A DNA stretch of 64,000 bases from assembly GCA_963833985.1 (NCBI GenBank), contig CAWIAD010000002.1, positions 1,376,001 through 1,440,000 on the forward strand. Direction: 5' to 3'. The notes beneath the pieces are model-generated. The model saw nothing but the letters and a program-made list of their open reading frames with translations. It was not told the DNA's origin and searched no databases. Shown here in pieces: positions 35,001 through 44,934 of the stretch; positions within the stretch are counted from its first letter, which is position 1, and each line of letters opens with the position of its first letter. The translations under genes were made by a program, and so were the position numbers. This DNA comes from an uncultured Planctomycetaceae bacterium. Lineage in GTDB: Bacteria > Planctomycetota > Planctomycetia > Isosphaerales > Isosphaeraceae.

Positions 35001-35825
35001 ATGAATAGCAAGAAACTGCTGGCACTCTATGGGCTGAAATGGAACCCGTTTTCACCCGAGCTTCCTCCCGAAGCACTGCTGGCGCCCCCCAGGATCGAGC
35101 AATTTGCCTGGCGCGTGGAACAATTGGTCCAGGAAGGAGGCTTCGCGCTGATCACGGGTGAGTCGGGCACCGGCAAATCGGTGGCGCTGCGGATTGTGGC
35201 CGGGCGGCTGGCGGCGCTGCGGGATGTCACCGTCGGTGTGATCGAGCGACCCCAGTCGAAGAGCCCCGACTTCTATCGGGAGCTGGGGGACATCTTCGCG
35301 GTGAAGCTGGCACCGCACAATCGCTGGTGCGGGTTCAAGGCGCTCCGCGAGCGGTGGAAAGCCCACGTGGCCTCCTCGCGGATCCGCCCGGTGCTGCTGA
35401 TCGACGAAGCCCAGGAGATGAGCCCTGAGGTCCTCTGCGAGCTGCGTATTCTCTCCAGCGCCGACTTCGATGCCACGTCGCTTTTGACCGTGATCCTCTC
35501 GGGAGATGAACGACTGCTGGAACTGTTGCGGCACGAAGATCTGGTGCCCCTGGGCACCCGGATTCGCACGCGACTGGTCACCGAGCCCGCCACCCGCGAA
35601 GAGCTCCTGGAGTTGCTTCAACACGCGCTGGCCAAGGCCGGCAATGCCGCGCTCATGACGCCCCAGCTCGCAGAGACACTGGTCGACCACAGCGCGGGGA
35701 ACTACCGTTTGCTCATGATTATGGGAGGTGAGCTCTTGGCCCATGGCATGGCGCACGAAATCGGGCAGCTTGACGAGAAGTGCTACCTCGAGGTCTATCA
35801 GCCGCGAGGCCCGCGCCCGCGCTGA
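35001..35825 (+). CDS. ExeA/MuB/TnsC-like AAA ATPase
   Basis: YGLKWNPF, GESGTGKS, LLIDEAQ; ATGA overlap with transposase stop. Confidence 0.88.
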   Translation: MNSKKLLALYGLKWNPFSPELPPEALLAPPRIEQFAWRVEQLVQEGGFALITGESGTGKSVALRIVAGRLAALRDVTVGVIERPQSKSPDFYRELGDIFAVKLAPHNRWCGFKALRERWKAHVASSRIRPVLLIDEAQEMSPEVLCELRILSSADFDATSLLTVILSGDERLLELLRHEDLVPLGTRIRTRLVTEPATREELLELLQHALAKAGNAALMTPQLAETLVDHSAGNYRLLMIMGGELLAHGMAHEIGQLDEKCYLEVYQPRGPRPR

Positions 35826-35847
35826 AGAAGAAAGCGAAGGTGTGACG

Positions 35848-36801
35848 ATGGCGACCAGTGGCGAGCAAGTGCTTCCGGTGGTGCGTGTGGCCGAGCTTCC
35901 CAGCGATGAGCTCGCGGAGCGATGGCTGGTGGAGCAGCTCTGGTGTGCCCACGCGGTGGGCGTCATCGGCGGCGCTCCGAAGTGCGCCAAGACGTGGCTG
36001 GGGCTGGACATGGCCCTCTCCGTAGCCACGGGCACACCATGCCTGGGCAAGTATGCCGTACCGGAGCCGGGACCGGTTCTGGTTTACCTGGCTGAGGATG
36101 CGCTGCGGGCTGTGCGCGAACGTATCGAGGGAATGGCCCGGCATCGCGGTCTGGATCTCGACGAGGTGTCGATCCACGTGATCACGGTCCCGGTGCTCCG
36201 GCTCGATCACGATCGAGACCGCACGCGGCTGTGGGAGACAGTGCGGGGGCTTCGGCCTCGGCTGCTGGTGCTGGATCCCCTGGTGCGACTTCACGGCATC
36301 GACGAGAATCATGCTGGCGACGTCGCCGAATTACTCGGGTATCTGCGGTCGTTGCAGCGTCAGCTTGGCCTGGCGGTTCTGCTGGTGCATCACACGCGGA
36401 AGAACGCCGCGGACGGTGTTGCCGCCGGTCAGGGCCTGCGTGGGTCGGGTGACATACATGCCTTCGGCGACTCGAACCTGTATCTCCAGCGCACGAAGGA
36501 GCACCTGATCCTCTCCAGCGAGCACCGGTCGGCGCCGGCAGTAGCGCCTGTTTATCTGGAGCTGGTCGCCACCGACGCGGGGACAGCTCACCTGGAGGTC
36601 ATCGCAGCGCCTGATGATCGGAACGGGCGCGACCTCGAAGGGCAAGTGCTGAATCTTCTGGCTCAAGGCCGAGTGCTTACGCGAGCGAGCCTGCGTGATT
36701 CGCTGGCGGTGAAGAACGAGCGTTTAGGGACGGTACTGGAGTCACTGGAGCGCGCCGGCAAGATCGGCCGCACAACTGGAGGCTGGCGACGTCTCCGCTG
36801 A
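35848..36801 (+). CDS. AAA_25 / RecA-like (RSF1010 RepA-type helicase-like) ATPase
   Basis: WLVEQL, GGAPKCAKT, VYLAED, LVLDPL, LVHHTRK, LRGSG. Confidence 0.82.
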   Translation: MATSGEQVLPVVRVAELPSDELAERWLVEQLWCAHAVGVIGGAPKCAKTWLGLDMALSVATGTPCLGKYAVPEPGPVLVYLAEDALRAVRERIEGMARHRGLDLDEVSIHVITVPVLRLDHDRDRTRLWETVRGLRPRLLVLDPLVRLHGIDENHAGDVAELLGYLRSLQRQLGLAVLLVHHTRKNAADGVAAGQGLRGSGDIHAFGDSNLYLQRTKEHLILSSEHRSAPAVAPVYLELVATDAGTAHLEVIAAPDDRNGRDLEGQVLNLLAQGRVLTRASLRDSLAVKNERLGTVLESLERAGKIGRTTGGWRRLR

Positions 36802-36816
36802 TCATCCGGAGCGGAC

Positions 36817-36851
36817 CGTTCCGTTCCCCTTCCGGAGAGGGGAACGGAACG
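36817..36851. other. perfect 14 bp hairpin downstream of the AAA_25 gene
   Basis: CGTTCCGTTCCCCT-tccggag-AGGGGAACGGAACG, no U-tract. Confidence 0.6.
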
Positions 36852-37209
36852 ATCCTCCTGCAGTGAAATACACCACCGATTATCTTGCCCAGATGGCCAT
36901 CGATTATCGCGGCCACTCTCACGTCGGCATCCAGATCAAGATCGAGGACCCCGGTCTGGGGGATCGTGCCCCGGATGAAGTCGAACAGCTCCCCGACCAT
37001 GATGTCCGGTGGCTCATTCTTCACGGCCATCGACCTGAGCCGATCGAGGCTTGGCCTTACACCGAAACGCCTTTCCAGTTGAGACCCTACCGAGAGTAGA
37101 TGAACTCCCAATGATGTCGTCCTCCCGCGTGCACACGCCCCTACCGACTATAGACCCCGTTGTAATGTGGACGACGCGTAGGCGGCGAACCAATCGGCCT
37201 TCCCGGCCT

Positions 37210-37506
37210 TCAGATGTTATACAGAATTACCTGAAGGGCGACCAAGGCGAACACGCAGTAGCAGGCCTGCTGGGATCGCCGCAGCCACCGACGTTCATCG
37301 GCGTCGAGGTACTTCGTTGGCGGCACCGTTGCAATGGCGGTGGCCAATGATCCCCAATCTTGTCTCATTCTCTTCATCGAGCCCGGCGTCCGGACCCTTG
37401 GAATGCAGAGCAACGACCACATCCAGAGGAAGACGATGAGAACCCACAGCAGTCCTCGCAGAAAGACAAGCATCTGTAGTTCCCAGGGTTTGTTGGCTAA
37501 CTCCAA
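37210..37506 (-). CDS. small 2-TM hypothetical protein
   Basis: two hydrophobic segments; TTG start overlaps motif at 37505 (alternative ATG at 37473). Confidence 0.5.
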   Translation of the reverse strand: MELANKPWELQMLVFLRGLLWVLIVFLWMWSLLCIPRVRTPGSMKRMRQDWGSLATAIATVPPTKYLDADERRWLRRSQQACYCVFALVALQVILYNI

Positions 37507-37647
37507 CTATATATCAGCCGTTGCACTCCTCGCTCAAGAGGGACCGAAGGGGCCGCACAGAATCTCGGGTTGGAACCTGCTAGGAAACCGAACTGACTTC
37601 GCTCATTCTGACCTTGAGGACCTTCGCACGAGCATCGCCACTCAGCC

Positions 37648-39069
37648 CTACCTCTTCGTTTCGATTTGGATTAAAGAGGCGATGTCCCAGAGGACAACGC
37701 TACCCTCTTCGACCTGTTTCTCCTCCTGCGGCCGACAGATCCCTGCGAGCGTCCTACAATCCGGCGAAAAGACCATCTTCTCGACATATAGCCTGCGGCC
37801 CCCGAGTGAAAGCTCGCAGGTCGCCTTGAGTTCCCCCGTCGCCAGGTCCCGTATCCGGACTTTCATCTCGGACACGGAGAAGATCGCCCGGCCGCCGGGG
37901 GCGAACGCGGCATAGCACGATCGATCCGCCCATCCCGAGCCCATACCCTCCTGGTAATGAGCGACCTCATTCCCGGTCGCGCTGTCCCATAGTTTGATGT
38001 CGTTGTCCCTGCTCGCCGTGGCGAACCTCTTGCCATCCGGTGAGAAGGTGACGGAAGTGATTGCTCCTTTATGCCCACGGTGATTGGCTCGTGCTGTTTT
38101 GGTCGCAACGTCCCAGAGACCAACAGACCCCCGGTGATCGCCTGCGGCCAGGCTATTGCCGTCGGGCGCGAGGGCCAAGTTATTCACCACCCCTAAGCTC
38201 CCCTTTAGACTGAGGTTAGCCATCTCTCGTCCTGTGGAGAGGTCCCAGATGGTTGCACCGAAAGCATGACCGGAGGCGAACAACCTACCATCCTGAGTAA
38301 AGGCCGAACACAGACCCCCGTAGAGCCCGCAATGGAAGGAAGCCCGCACCCTGCCGGTCTCCCACTCCAGAATCCGGACGAGCCCATCGGGCCTCTTTGC
38401 TTCCTCATCTTTCCGACCCACGGCGAGTAGTTGACCGTCCGGAGAGAAAGCGACGGACCTGGAGGGTCCCTGTCCGTCGAGTAGGGAGCGAACAGTTCCC
38501 GTCGCCGTCCTCCATATCATGATGTCAGGATCGTCACCGACTGAGGCCAGATATTGGCCATCGGAGGAGAAGGCCAAGGCGACGATTCGGTCCTTGCGAC
38601 CGCGCAGAACGACTTTGGCGTTGGGGGGTCGTCCATCATCCAGGAAGCCGAACGCCGACTCGGCCGCCACTGCCACGTGCTTCCTGAGCGGGTCGAGATC
38701 TGCGACGAGGACACGGCCACCGCGCCGGACGTGTCCGAACGGCGAGAGCAAGTCGATCACCTCGCTCGCTCCGTCACCGTACTTCAGCTCCAGCGCACCC
38801 AGAGTGTTGCGATTCGAAGGGCCTTGCACATGTCTCGCCGAGGCCAGCGGCTGGAGGCACAGACGCTCAATGAGATGGGGATCGGTCAGAAGTAGTTCAA
38901 GCCTTCCGTCGGGCCCAGTGATGGAGATGCGCAATTCCGAGGGCTGCCGCTCCTTGTGCTCCGCTTGTGAAGCAGCTCCGGTTTGTGTACAGCCTCTGGG
39001 GGCGGATATCTCGCACGCCAGATGGAGGGCTAAGATGAAGAATAGACTGGGAAACGGTCGACATGCCAT
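37648..39069 (-). CDS. secreted WD40-repeat protein
   Basis: signal-like N-terminus; repeated AFSxDG..LA..WD units, GHKGAITSVTFSPDG. Confidence 0.88.
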   Translation of the reverse strand: MACRPFPSLFFILALHLACEISAPRGCTQTGAASQAEHKERQPSELRISITGPDGRLELLLTDPHLIERLCLQPLASARHVQGPSNRNTLGALELKYGDGASEVIDLLSPFGHVRRGGRVLVADLDPLRKHVAVAAESAFGFLDDGRPPNAKVVLRGRKDRIVALAFSSDGQYLASVGDDPDIMIWRTATGTVRSLLDGQGPSRSVAFSPDGQLLAVGRKDEEAKRPDGLVRILEWETGRVRASFHCGLYGGLCSAFTQDGRLFASGHAFGATIWDLSTGREMANLSLKGSLGVVNNLALAPDGNSLAAGDHRGSVGLWDVATKTARANHRGHKGAITSVTFSPDGKRFATASRDNDIKLWDSATGNEVAHYQEGMGSGWADRSCYAAFAPGGRAIFSVSEMKVRIRDLATGELKATCELSLGGRRLYVEKMVFSPDCRTLAGICRPQEEKQVEEGSVVLWDIASLIQIETKR

Positions 39070-39214
39070 GTTACGCACCCCATCAGCTGAGGGGTTGGTC
39101 AGGAACTGAGTCTTGTAGCGCAACTGATGAATTATATTTCACCCGATGCGCTCCGAGTGCCTTGCGACCGTAAGATCAGGAGCAGAACACCGGCTCCGAG
39201 GAAAGGAGATGACT

Positions 39215-39598
39215 CTAGGATGGCCTCAAGCACCACTCAGCGAGTGAGCGAGTGTCGGCGAACTCATTGACCGGAGGAAACCCAGAAAGCATGGGCACCC
39301 ACCTTCGGTAGGCGGAGTCGTATCGCTCGATAAGAGCCATGTGAAAGAGAGCCCTCTGATAGTCCCGCCACACTGCCAGACCCCGCTTTCGATAACTTGC
39401 GTCGATCGATTGCGGCGTTTCCCCGAGCTTGCAGACCGGCCCAGATCGATCGAGGCAAGCGTCGAGACGCTCGTGTTCTGCGATACAAACGCGAGTGAGC
39501 CGCTCACGACGTTGTCGAAACTCAGCCATCACGAGCGCGGACAAGGCCACTGTAAGCGTCACCATCCAAAGTCTGCACCGCGGATGGGCCAGTCGCAT
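39215..39598 (-). CDS. membrane-anchored hypothetical protein
   Basis: GAGG SD; basic N-terminus then a TM segment. Confidence 0.55.
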   Translation of the reverse strand: MRLAHPRCRLWMVTLTVALSALVMAEFRQRRERLTRVCIAEHERLDACLDRSGPVCKLGETPQSIDASYRKRGLAVWRDYQRALFHMALIERYDSAYRRWVPMLSGFPPVNEFADTRSLAEWCLRPS

Positions 39599-39754
39599 GC
39601 CACACCTCGTTCGGTTACCCAGGGAGAACTACACGCCATCGAGTCGATGCGCCCCATCTCTCAATCATGGGTGCAACACAATGCATCCTCGCGACCGCTG
39701 AATTGCTGCGTCAACTATACTCCACCACTTACAGGCCCGCCGATTGACCCGTCC

Positions 39755-40330
39755 CTACGGATCGACCAAGAGATAGAGAGCGGGAGATAGCACACCGAGG
39801 ACAACCCAGCAACTACCAAGCACCCAGCCCATCATCTCCAGCCAATCAAGGCTCCTCCTCTCTTCCGAGCGGATGATCCCAAGCAGCCAGACCGAAGCCA
39901 GCGATAACGCAACCTGCGTGGGCAGTAGAAGGCCGGTGCGAAACCAGATGCCAGTCAGGCTCCGCACTGATGAGGTGCCCTTAATGCACATCGCGATTAG
40001 GAGAAGTACCGCCCACATTATCAGCCCGGCGGAGACAACGATCCCCACGATCGCGGACGGTCGAGAAGCGAGCCTGGCCGAACGCGGTTGCCTCAGCGAC
40101 AGCACCAGGAGAGCGAGGGACCATGGAACAAGGACATCGACCGATCTGGTAATGTTGTACCAGAACCATCGGATATCACGCGGCCAGTAGCGATTCATCT
40201 CAAGCCACATAAGTTCGAGATGAGGCCGCCAAAGGGCAAGGCCGGTGGCGGTAGCGGCAAGGAACACCATCGCATCGAGTAGCGTGAAGCGGCGTAGTTC
40301 GCTGGTAGGCTTCATGCTGGATTCACGCAT
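39755..40330 (-). CDS. multi-TM hypothetical protein (RRFTLLD family)
   Basis: RRFTLLDAMVFLAATA, LRQPR, DWLEMMGWVLG. Confidence 0.7.
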   Translation of the reverse strand: MRESSMKPTSELRRFTLLDAMVFLAATATGLALWRPHLELMWLEMNRYWPRDIRWFWYNITRSVDVLVPWSLALLVLSLRQPRSARLASRPSAIVGIVVSAGLIMWAVLLLIAMCIKGTSSVRSLTGIWFRTGLLLPTQVALSLASVWLLGIIRSEERRSLDWLEMMGWVLGSCWVVLGVLSPALYLLVDP

Positions 40331-41159
40331 TTAGCTAGTCTTGATACAACTCGTGAACTCGCATTGCATGGATGAGTTCAGTGGAATGTCGAGACCTGTT
40401 ATAGGTCACCCGTACCAGCTCACACCAAGAGCATCACGAGCAACGCTGCCGAGACACATGGCCGAGACGCCCGAACGCCAAACACTGGCCTTTGTTCACC
40501 GATAATACTGCATCTGACCACGCTTGACCGAGAACGCTAGTGATGGCTCACCGCGGCGTGTACGGGAAAGGGAATAGGTAGAATAGGAGAGGTACCAGCA
40601 AGATGTAATAGGCTCCGAGTATTCGACCCGTCCGATCAATCCATGTGGATTCAGGGTGGCAGCAGCCGCCCAGCCTCACAACGGCCCAAGAAACGCCGAC
40701 AGCGAGGCACATGTGCGGTACTAATTCATCCGTTTGTGTGAAAGCGATCAACCAGAAATCATCCAGCAGAGACCCTATCGGTAGTGTCCCTTCTGACATC
40801 CTTAAGGTCAAGTCTCGCCAGTCGTTCCCCGAGATGCAAGCCAAGGCCATCCCCGCGGCGAGTTGCACTATCCGGAACAGTGCAACGAACACGATCGCAA
40901 AGCAGGCGACGGTTCCAGGTTGTCTCATCATCCGCGTGAGCCGAGGGCGAGGTCGCATCGAACGGAGGATCAACAGTGATGAGGCGAGGGCGATATTGAT
41001 CGGTTGGAGAATGCAAACAAGACGGAACAGACTTCCCAGCATTCCCGTTAAACTTGGGTCGAACTGCCACCATTCTGATATGGCTCCCATGGTTTGACAG
41101 TAGATGCGAGCTAGGAAGATCGCAACACCGGTCGTCGCGACCAGAACCATGCCGTCTAG

Positions 41160-43403
41160 CCTACTTTCCGCACATCTCGCCTTGACTATCTCCTAATTTC
41201 CGTGTGCCGTCTTTCGGCCTGTCAGGCTCAAATCTCGTAGGCTTTGGGTATCCCCAGCAGGCGCAGGATCCTCTTCTGGAGCCGAGTTAACTCTGTGCTG
41301 AACACCTCAAGAGGGCGTTTCCCAGCCTTCAGGGAATGCTCTTGAACGTCCTCGTACAGGTCGATCACTTTTCGAGCCGTCGGGCGTCGGCAGGCCCGAC
41401 CTTCGGAATACAGTGGCAGGCTCTCGATTCCCGCTCGTTCCATCGCGCGGCGGAGTTCTCGCTCCAACAGCGCCTCGACCAGCAACACGAAGAAGTACAC
41501 GCAGAGCAAGGCCTGAATCCGACTCACCTCCTTCAGGTACATAGGCGCTACCACGAAGTCAGTCTTCAGGTGCTCGAACCGTCGTTCGATGGCCGGTTGC
41601 TGTTTGTAGGCCAAGAGCAGATCCTGCTCCGTCATCTTCGATTCGTTGCTCACCAGCGGGAAAATGCCATCACAGCGGGCCTCCTCATCCAGTCGCTCCA
41701 ACTCAATCCGATGCTTCAACGAGTAACGGAGCTTCTCCTCTCGGACGTACCGCGTGTCCTGTCCAGGCCGGCCGCGTCGCTCCTGGCGGAACTTTTCGGT
41801 GACCTGCTCCTCGATCTCGACCGAGATCCACTCGGTGACCTCACAGTCTCGGAGCAGCTCCTCGACCGCCTCGGCGACCTTGGCTCGACTGCGGTACCGG
41901 GTTCGGGACGAGGCGAGCTTGGCACGCAGTTCGTCCAGTCGTTTCAACGCCTTCTCCAGCCGGGTCAGCCGTACCTCCGCATCCAACTCGGCCTTGCGTG
42001 TGCTGTGATACCAGATCAGCCGGTAACCCTCGGTGGTCTGGCTCGCAGGTTTGCAGATCGAGAAGCGGTCGGTCAACTGTCCCTTGTCGTCGTACTTGTC
42101 GTGGGTCCATCGCCACTGGATCTCTCCCCGGAGTACGGCGCCGCGGAAGGCACCGTCCTCACTGCGAGTTCGCGGCAGCACGCTGAGGAACCGACCGCCG
42201 CGCTGATGCAGATAGGCCATGTTCTCGGTGGTGGCCAGCTTGCAGTCGGCGATGTAGAGAAAGTCTCGGCGTCCGGTCAGTTGACAGAGCAACTCCCAGG
42301 TCTCCTGGTGAGAGCGGTCGTCGGTGGCGTTGCCGCTCTCGACGCGAAAGTGCACCGGGACGGCACCGTCGCCGGTCACGGTGAGGATGTAGAGTAGCTG
42401 CTTGAGGTCGGGGCGGTGGTCTTTGTTATGACCCCAGGTCACCGCCAACCGCAATTGTCCCCGCAGGGTTCGCTCCGCCTCCGCCGACTCGTAGTCACCG
42501 TGGAAAGTGATGGTGGTCGAGTCGTTGTGTAACTGGTCGAGGCTGACGTCGAATTCGCGTACGGCATGGGCCGCGACCTTCAGGGCCAACCCCGAGAGAT
42601 TGGCGTCGAAGAGACGGTCGAGGGCCCGGCCAACTCGATCGTCGTTCATTGCGGCGACTTGGACATCGGACAACCCGAACAGTTTCGGCTCATGGCGGGC
42701 CACCCACTCACCGACACCATAGAGTGGCTCACGCGAGATCAGCAGGTTGCGCAGCAGGACGAGCAAGGCCGTGGCCGTGGGGACCCGAGTGCGGCCGTCC
42801 TCATGGGGCAGGTGGTCGCAGAGAAACTCGCGAAGGCGGAGCCGACTCAGGAAGTGTTCCAGGATGGGCACGGCGGCAATCCGCCGCGTGTTGAGCGTGC
42901 GCTTGCGTCCCTTCGAGCGTGCCGTCTCGCCGGGTTGGCGCGGTCGTTGAGGTTCGTTCATGCGGATCATCTCCGGAGGGTTTGCAGCGAGTTGGCCGGT
43001 GTCCGCCGCCGGGCCTTCCAGGGCCGTGAGGGGAGCAGGCCGACCGCCGCAGGGCTTGCCGCAATGATGGCGGAGGAGATCGGGACGTCAAGGACAAAAA
43101 ATCTTGTGATTCACTTATGACAATTTGCCTTGACGTAAGTTGTGAGCCGCTCAACTTACGCTCATAGCCCGTGTCACAAGTCGTCGCGGCGAGAATCGCG
43201 GCGCGCGGCTGGACATTGCCAAGTCATAAGACAAGGCGAAGAATGGCTCGAGTTCAGGAACGGTCCGGTTGGCGAACCATCTGAACCGAACAAGGTCCCC
43301 GTGCCGATCGACTTGTAGATGTTTACCGACCCTGGGGCCGCGTCTGAGAAGATGGCCTCAGGTCGAATTCGGGGAAATCAAAGGGAGATGTGCGGAAAGT
43401 AGG
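41160..43403 (-). mobile_element. IS1634 family insertion sequence, copy 2
   Basis: near-identical to copy 1, inverted; 6 bp TSD GTCTAG (41154-41159, 43404-43409). Confidence 0.93.
41228..42970 (-). CDS. IS1634 family transposase
   Basis: translation identical to 29113-30855. Confidence 0.92.
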   Translation of the reverse strand: MIRMNEPQRPRQPGETARSKGRKRTLNTRRIAAVPILEHFLSRLRLREFLCDHLPHEDGRTRVPTATALLVLLRNLLISREPLYGVGEWVARHEPKLFGLSDVQVAAMNDDRVGRALDRLFDANLSGLALKVAAHAVREFDVSLDQLHNDSTTITFHGDYESAEAERTLRGQLRLAVTWGHNKDHRPDLKQLLYILTVTGDGAVPVHFRVESGNATDDRSHQETWELLCQLTGRRDFLYIADCKLATTENMAYLHQRGGRFLSVLPRTRSEDGAFRGAVLRGEIQWRWTHDKYDDKGQLTDRFSICKPASQTTEGYRLIWYHSTRKAELDAEVRLTRLEKALKRLDELRAKLASSRTRYRSRAKVAEAVEELLRDCEVTEWISVEIEEQVTEKFRQERRGRPGQDTRYVREEKLRYSLKHRIELERLDEEARCDGIFPLVSNESKMTEQDLLLAYKQQPAIERRFEHLKTDFVVAPMYLKEVSRIQALLCVYFFVLLVEALLERELRRAMERAGIESLPLYSEGRACRRPTARKVIDLYEDVQEHSLKAGKRPLEVFSTELTRLQKRILRLLGIPKAYEI

Positions 43404-43547
43404 GTCTAGAATCGTGAAATGCCGCGTTGAATTCTGCATTGCGGGGCTTTTCCGAAGCGGGACCGTGTTCGTCATGCGTTCCTGCGCCCCCGCCTAGAAT
43501 GCTGCGTTCGACTATACTTCAGGATTTACGCAACATGCGGTCGAAAC

Positions 43548-44441
43548 TCAACGAACGATTCTCGCCTGGGGAAGGGCCTCTCCAAGCTCTTTCACTCCGG
43601 CTTCAGTGATCCTGGTCCACTTGATGTCCAGTTCCCGCAGGCTGGTCAGTGCCTTGAGATTCGCTAGTCCGGCATCACTGATCCGGGTGTAACCGAGACC
43701 CAGCTCCCGCAGGCTGGTCAGCCCCTTTAGGTAGGACAATCCGGCATCGTTGACATAGGTGTGGTAGAGGAAGAGTCCCTTGAGGCCAGTCATGCCCTTC
43801 AGGTTCGCCAGCCCCTCTCCCGTGACCCTCGTGTTAATGAGGTCAAGCGATTGGAGGCCAGTCAATCCCTTCAGGTTGGCCAGTCCCTCGTCGGTGAACG
43901 CGGAAGAGTCGAGGGTCAGGTTTTCGAGGCGATTTAATCCCTTCAGGTGAGCCAGACCAGCGTCGCCGACACCCGTGTGGCAGAGATCTAAGGCCCTGAG
44001 CCCGGTCAGTCCTTTCAGGTTCGCGAGCCCAGTGTCAGTTACATAGATACAACCGATGAATGACAGTCGCTCAAGCCGGGTGAGTTGTGCGAGGTGGACC
44101 AATTCCGTATCTGATCCCCATTCACGAAGGCTAGCTGAGACGACGTTGCCGAAGTAATCGACTCCGATGTAATTAACCAACCAGCTCGGTGCCCAGGGCC
44201 CCGCATTCGGAATCGGTTTACCGTTCTTCCGCTCCCAATCGTACCGCACCGAGCCGCCGGCTTTCTTGATCACCGCCACCGCCTCACGCTGGACCCGCGC
44301 ATTGCGAACAATCCAGCCGAGTCCGCCTCCTACGACCAGGAGCAGGATCATCAGGGCCCGCACGCTCAGCCGGAGCCGATAGCGCCTGGATTTCGGTGAG
44401 GGCTGGTCTGGTATTTCACCCCACCGCGTGGCAAGTCTCAT
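43548..44441 (-). CDS. membrane-anchored leucine-rich repeat protein
   Basis: RLRLSVRALMILLL TM, then 24 aa repeats (VTDxGLANLKGLTGLxxLxL); start 44441 or 44504. Confidence 0.88.
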   Translation of the reverse strand: MRLATRWGEIPDQPSPKSRRYRLRLSVRALMILLLVVGGGLGWIVRNARVQREAVAVIKKAGGSVRYDWERKNGKPIPNAGPWAPSWLVNYIGVDYFGNVVSASLREWGSDTELVHLAQLTRLERLSFIGCIYVTDTGLANLKGLTGLRALDLCHTGVGDAGLAHLKGLNRLENLTLDSSAFTDEGLANLKGLTGLQSLDLINTRVTGEGLANLKGMTGLKGLFLYHTYVNDAGLSYLKGLTSLRELGLGYTRISDAGLANLKALTSLRELDIKWTRITEAGVKELGEALPQARIVR

Positions 44442-44643
44442 CTCTAGCTCACCCTTTACACCATCAATTTGACGTAAGTCCGTAATCAACGCCTCGAATT
44501 CCATTGATGCGACGGGGATATTGACCCTTTACACATTGGACCCCGCTGGAGCCCGCTTGAGGGCGGTTGCCATGCGTTCACAGGTGCACCCACCTCCACT
44601 CCGGCATATCACCGTCGGAGCGACTTCGCCAGTGCCATAAAAC

Positions 44644-44862
44644 TCACTCTTGCATGCTCTCATGATAAATGGCCAACCGCCGTCGTCTCATACGGACAGA
44701 GTGCCGCAGACCGGTGTTTGCAGCGACAGCGAACCAGCCGGCCTCGACCCCGGGATAGAATGTGATCAGCAGCCCCAGCAGGCCGAACACCGCCGCGAGC
44801 CCGACGCCAACCCGAGCCACAAACGTCCGTGGCCTCAGCAACCAGGTGCGGAAGGATGGCAT
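44644..44862 (-). CDS. small membrane protein or fragment
   Basis: GGAG SD, TM segment. Confidence 0.4.
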   Translation of the reverse strand: MPSFRTWLLRPRTFVARVGVGLAAVFGLLGLLITFYPGVEAGWFAVAANTGLRHSVRMRRRRLAIYHESMQE

Positions 44863-44934
44863 CGCCGGGGGCTCCGGGTCACGAACTTGGCCATTTCTTG
44901 TTACGAGTGCACGAGGTGGGTCCAGCAGCCTGCC

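Larger units (their letters stand above)
32172..35004 (+). pseudogene. Mu/IS481-like rve DDE transposase, frameshifted and interrupted by ISAzo13
   Basis: LWHLDFH, ILDDHSR, TDNGSAM, PYQNGKQE; VTVR|YARWDL rejoins across the IS. Confidence 0.85.
31341..37135 (+). mobile_element. multi-gene DDE transposon (accessory ORF, rve transposase, ExeA-like ATPase, AAA_25 ATPase)
   Basis: plus-strand block inside a minus-strand array; candidate ends TGTGC..GCACA; no perfect TSD, so ends are tentative. Confidence 0.65.
40548..43439 (-). pseudogene. paralog of 39755-40330, interrupted by IS1634
   Basis: MQNSTRHFTILD|GMVLVATT rejoins across the IS; RPRPR..QPG, TWIDRTGRILG. Confidence 0.78.

Noticed and set aside
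28680..43403. Composite transposon formed by the two inverted IS1634 copies
   Set aside because: Each copy has its own TSD (TTCCAG, GTCTAG) and interrupts a different gene, so they are independent insertions with no inversion between them.
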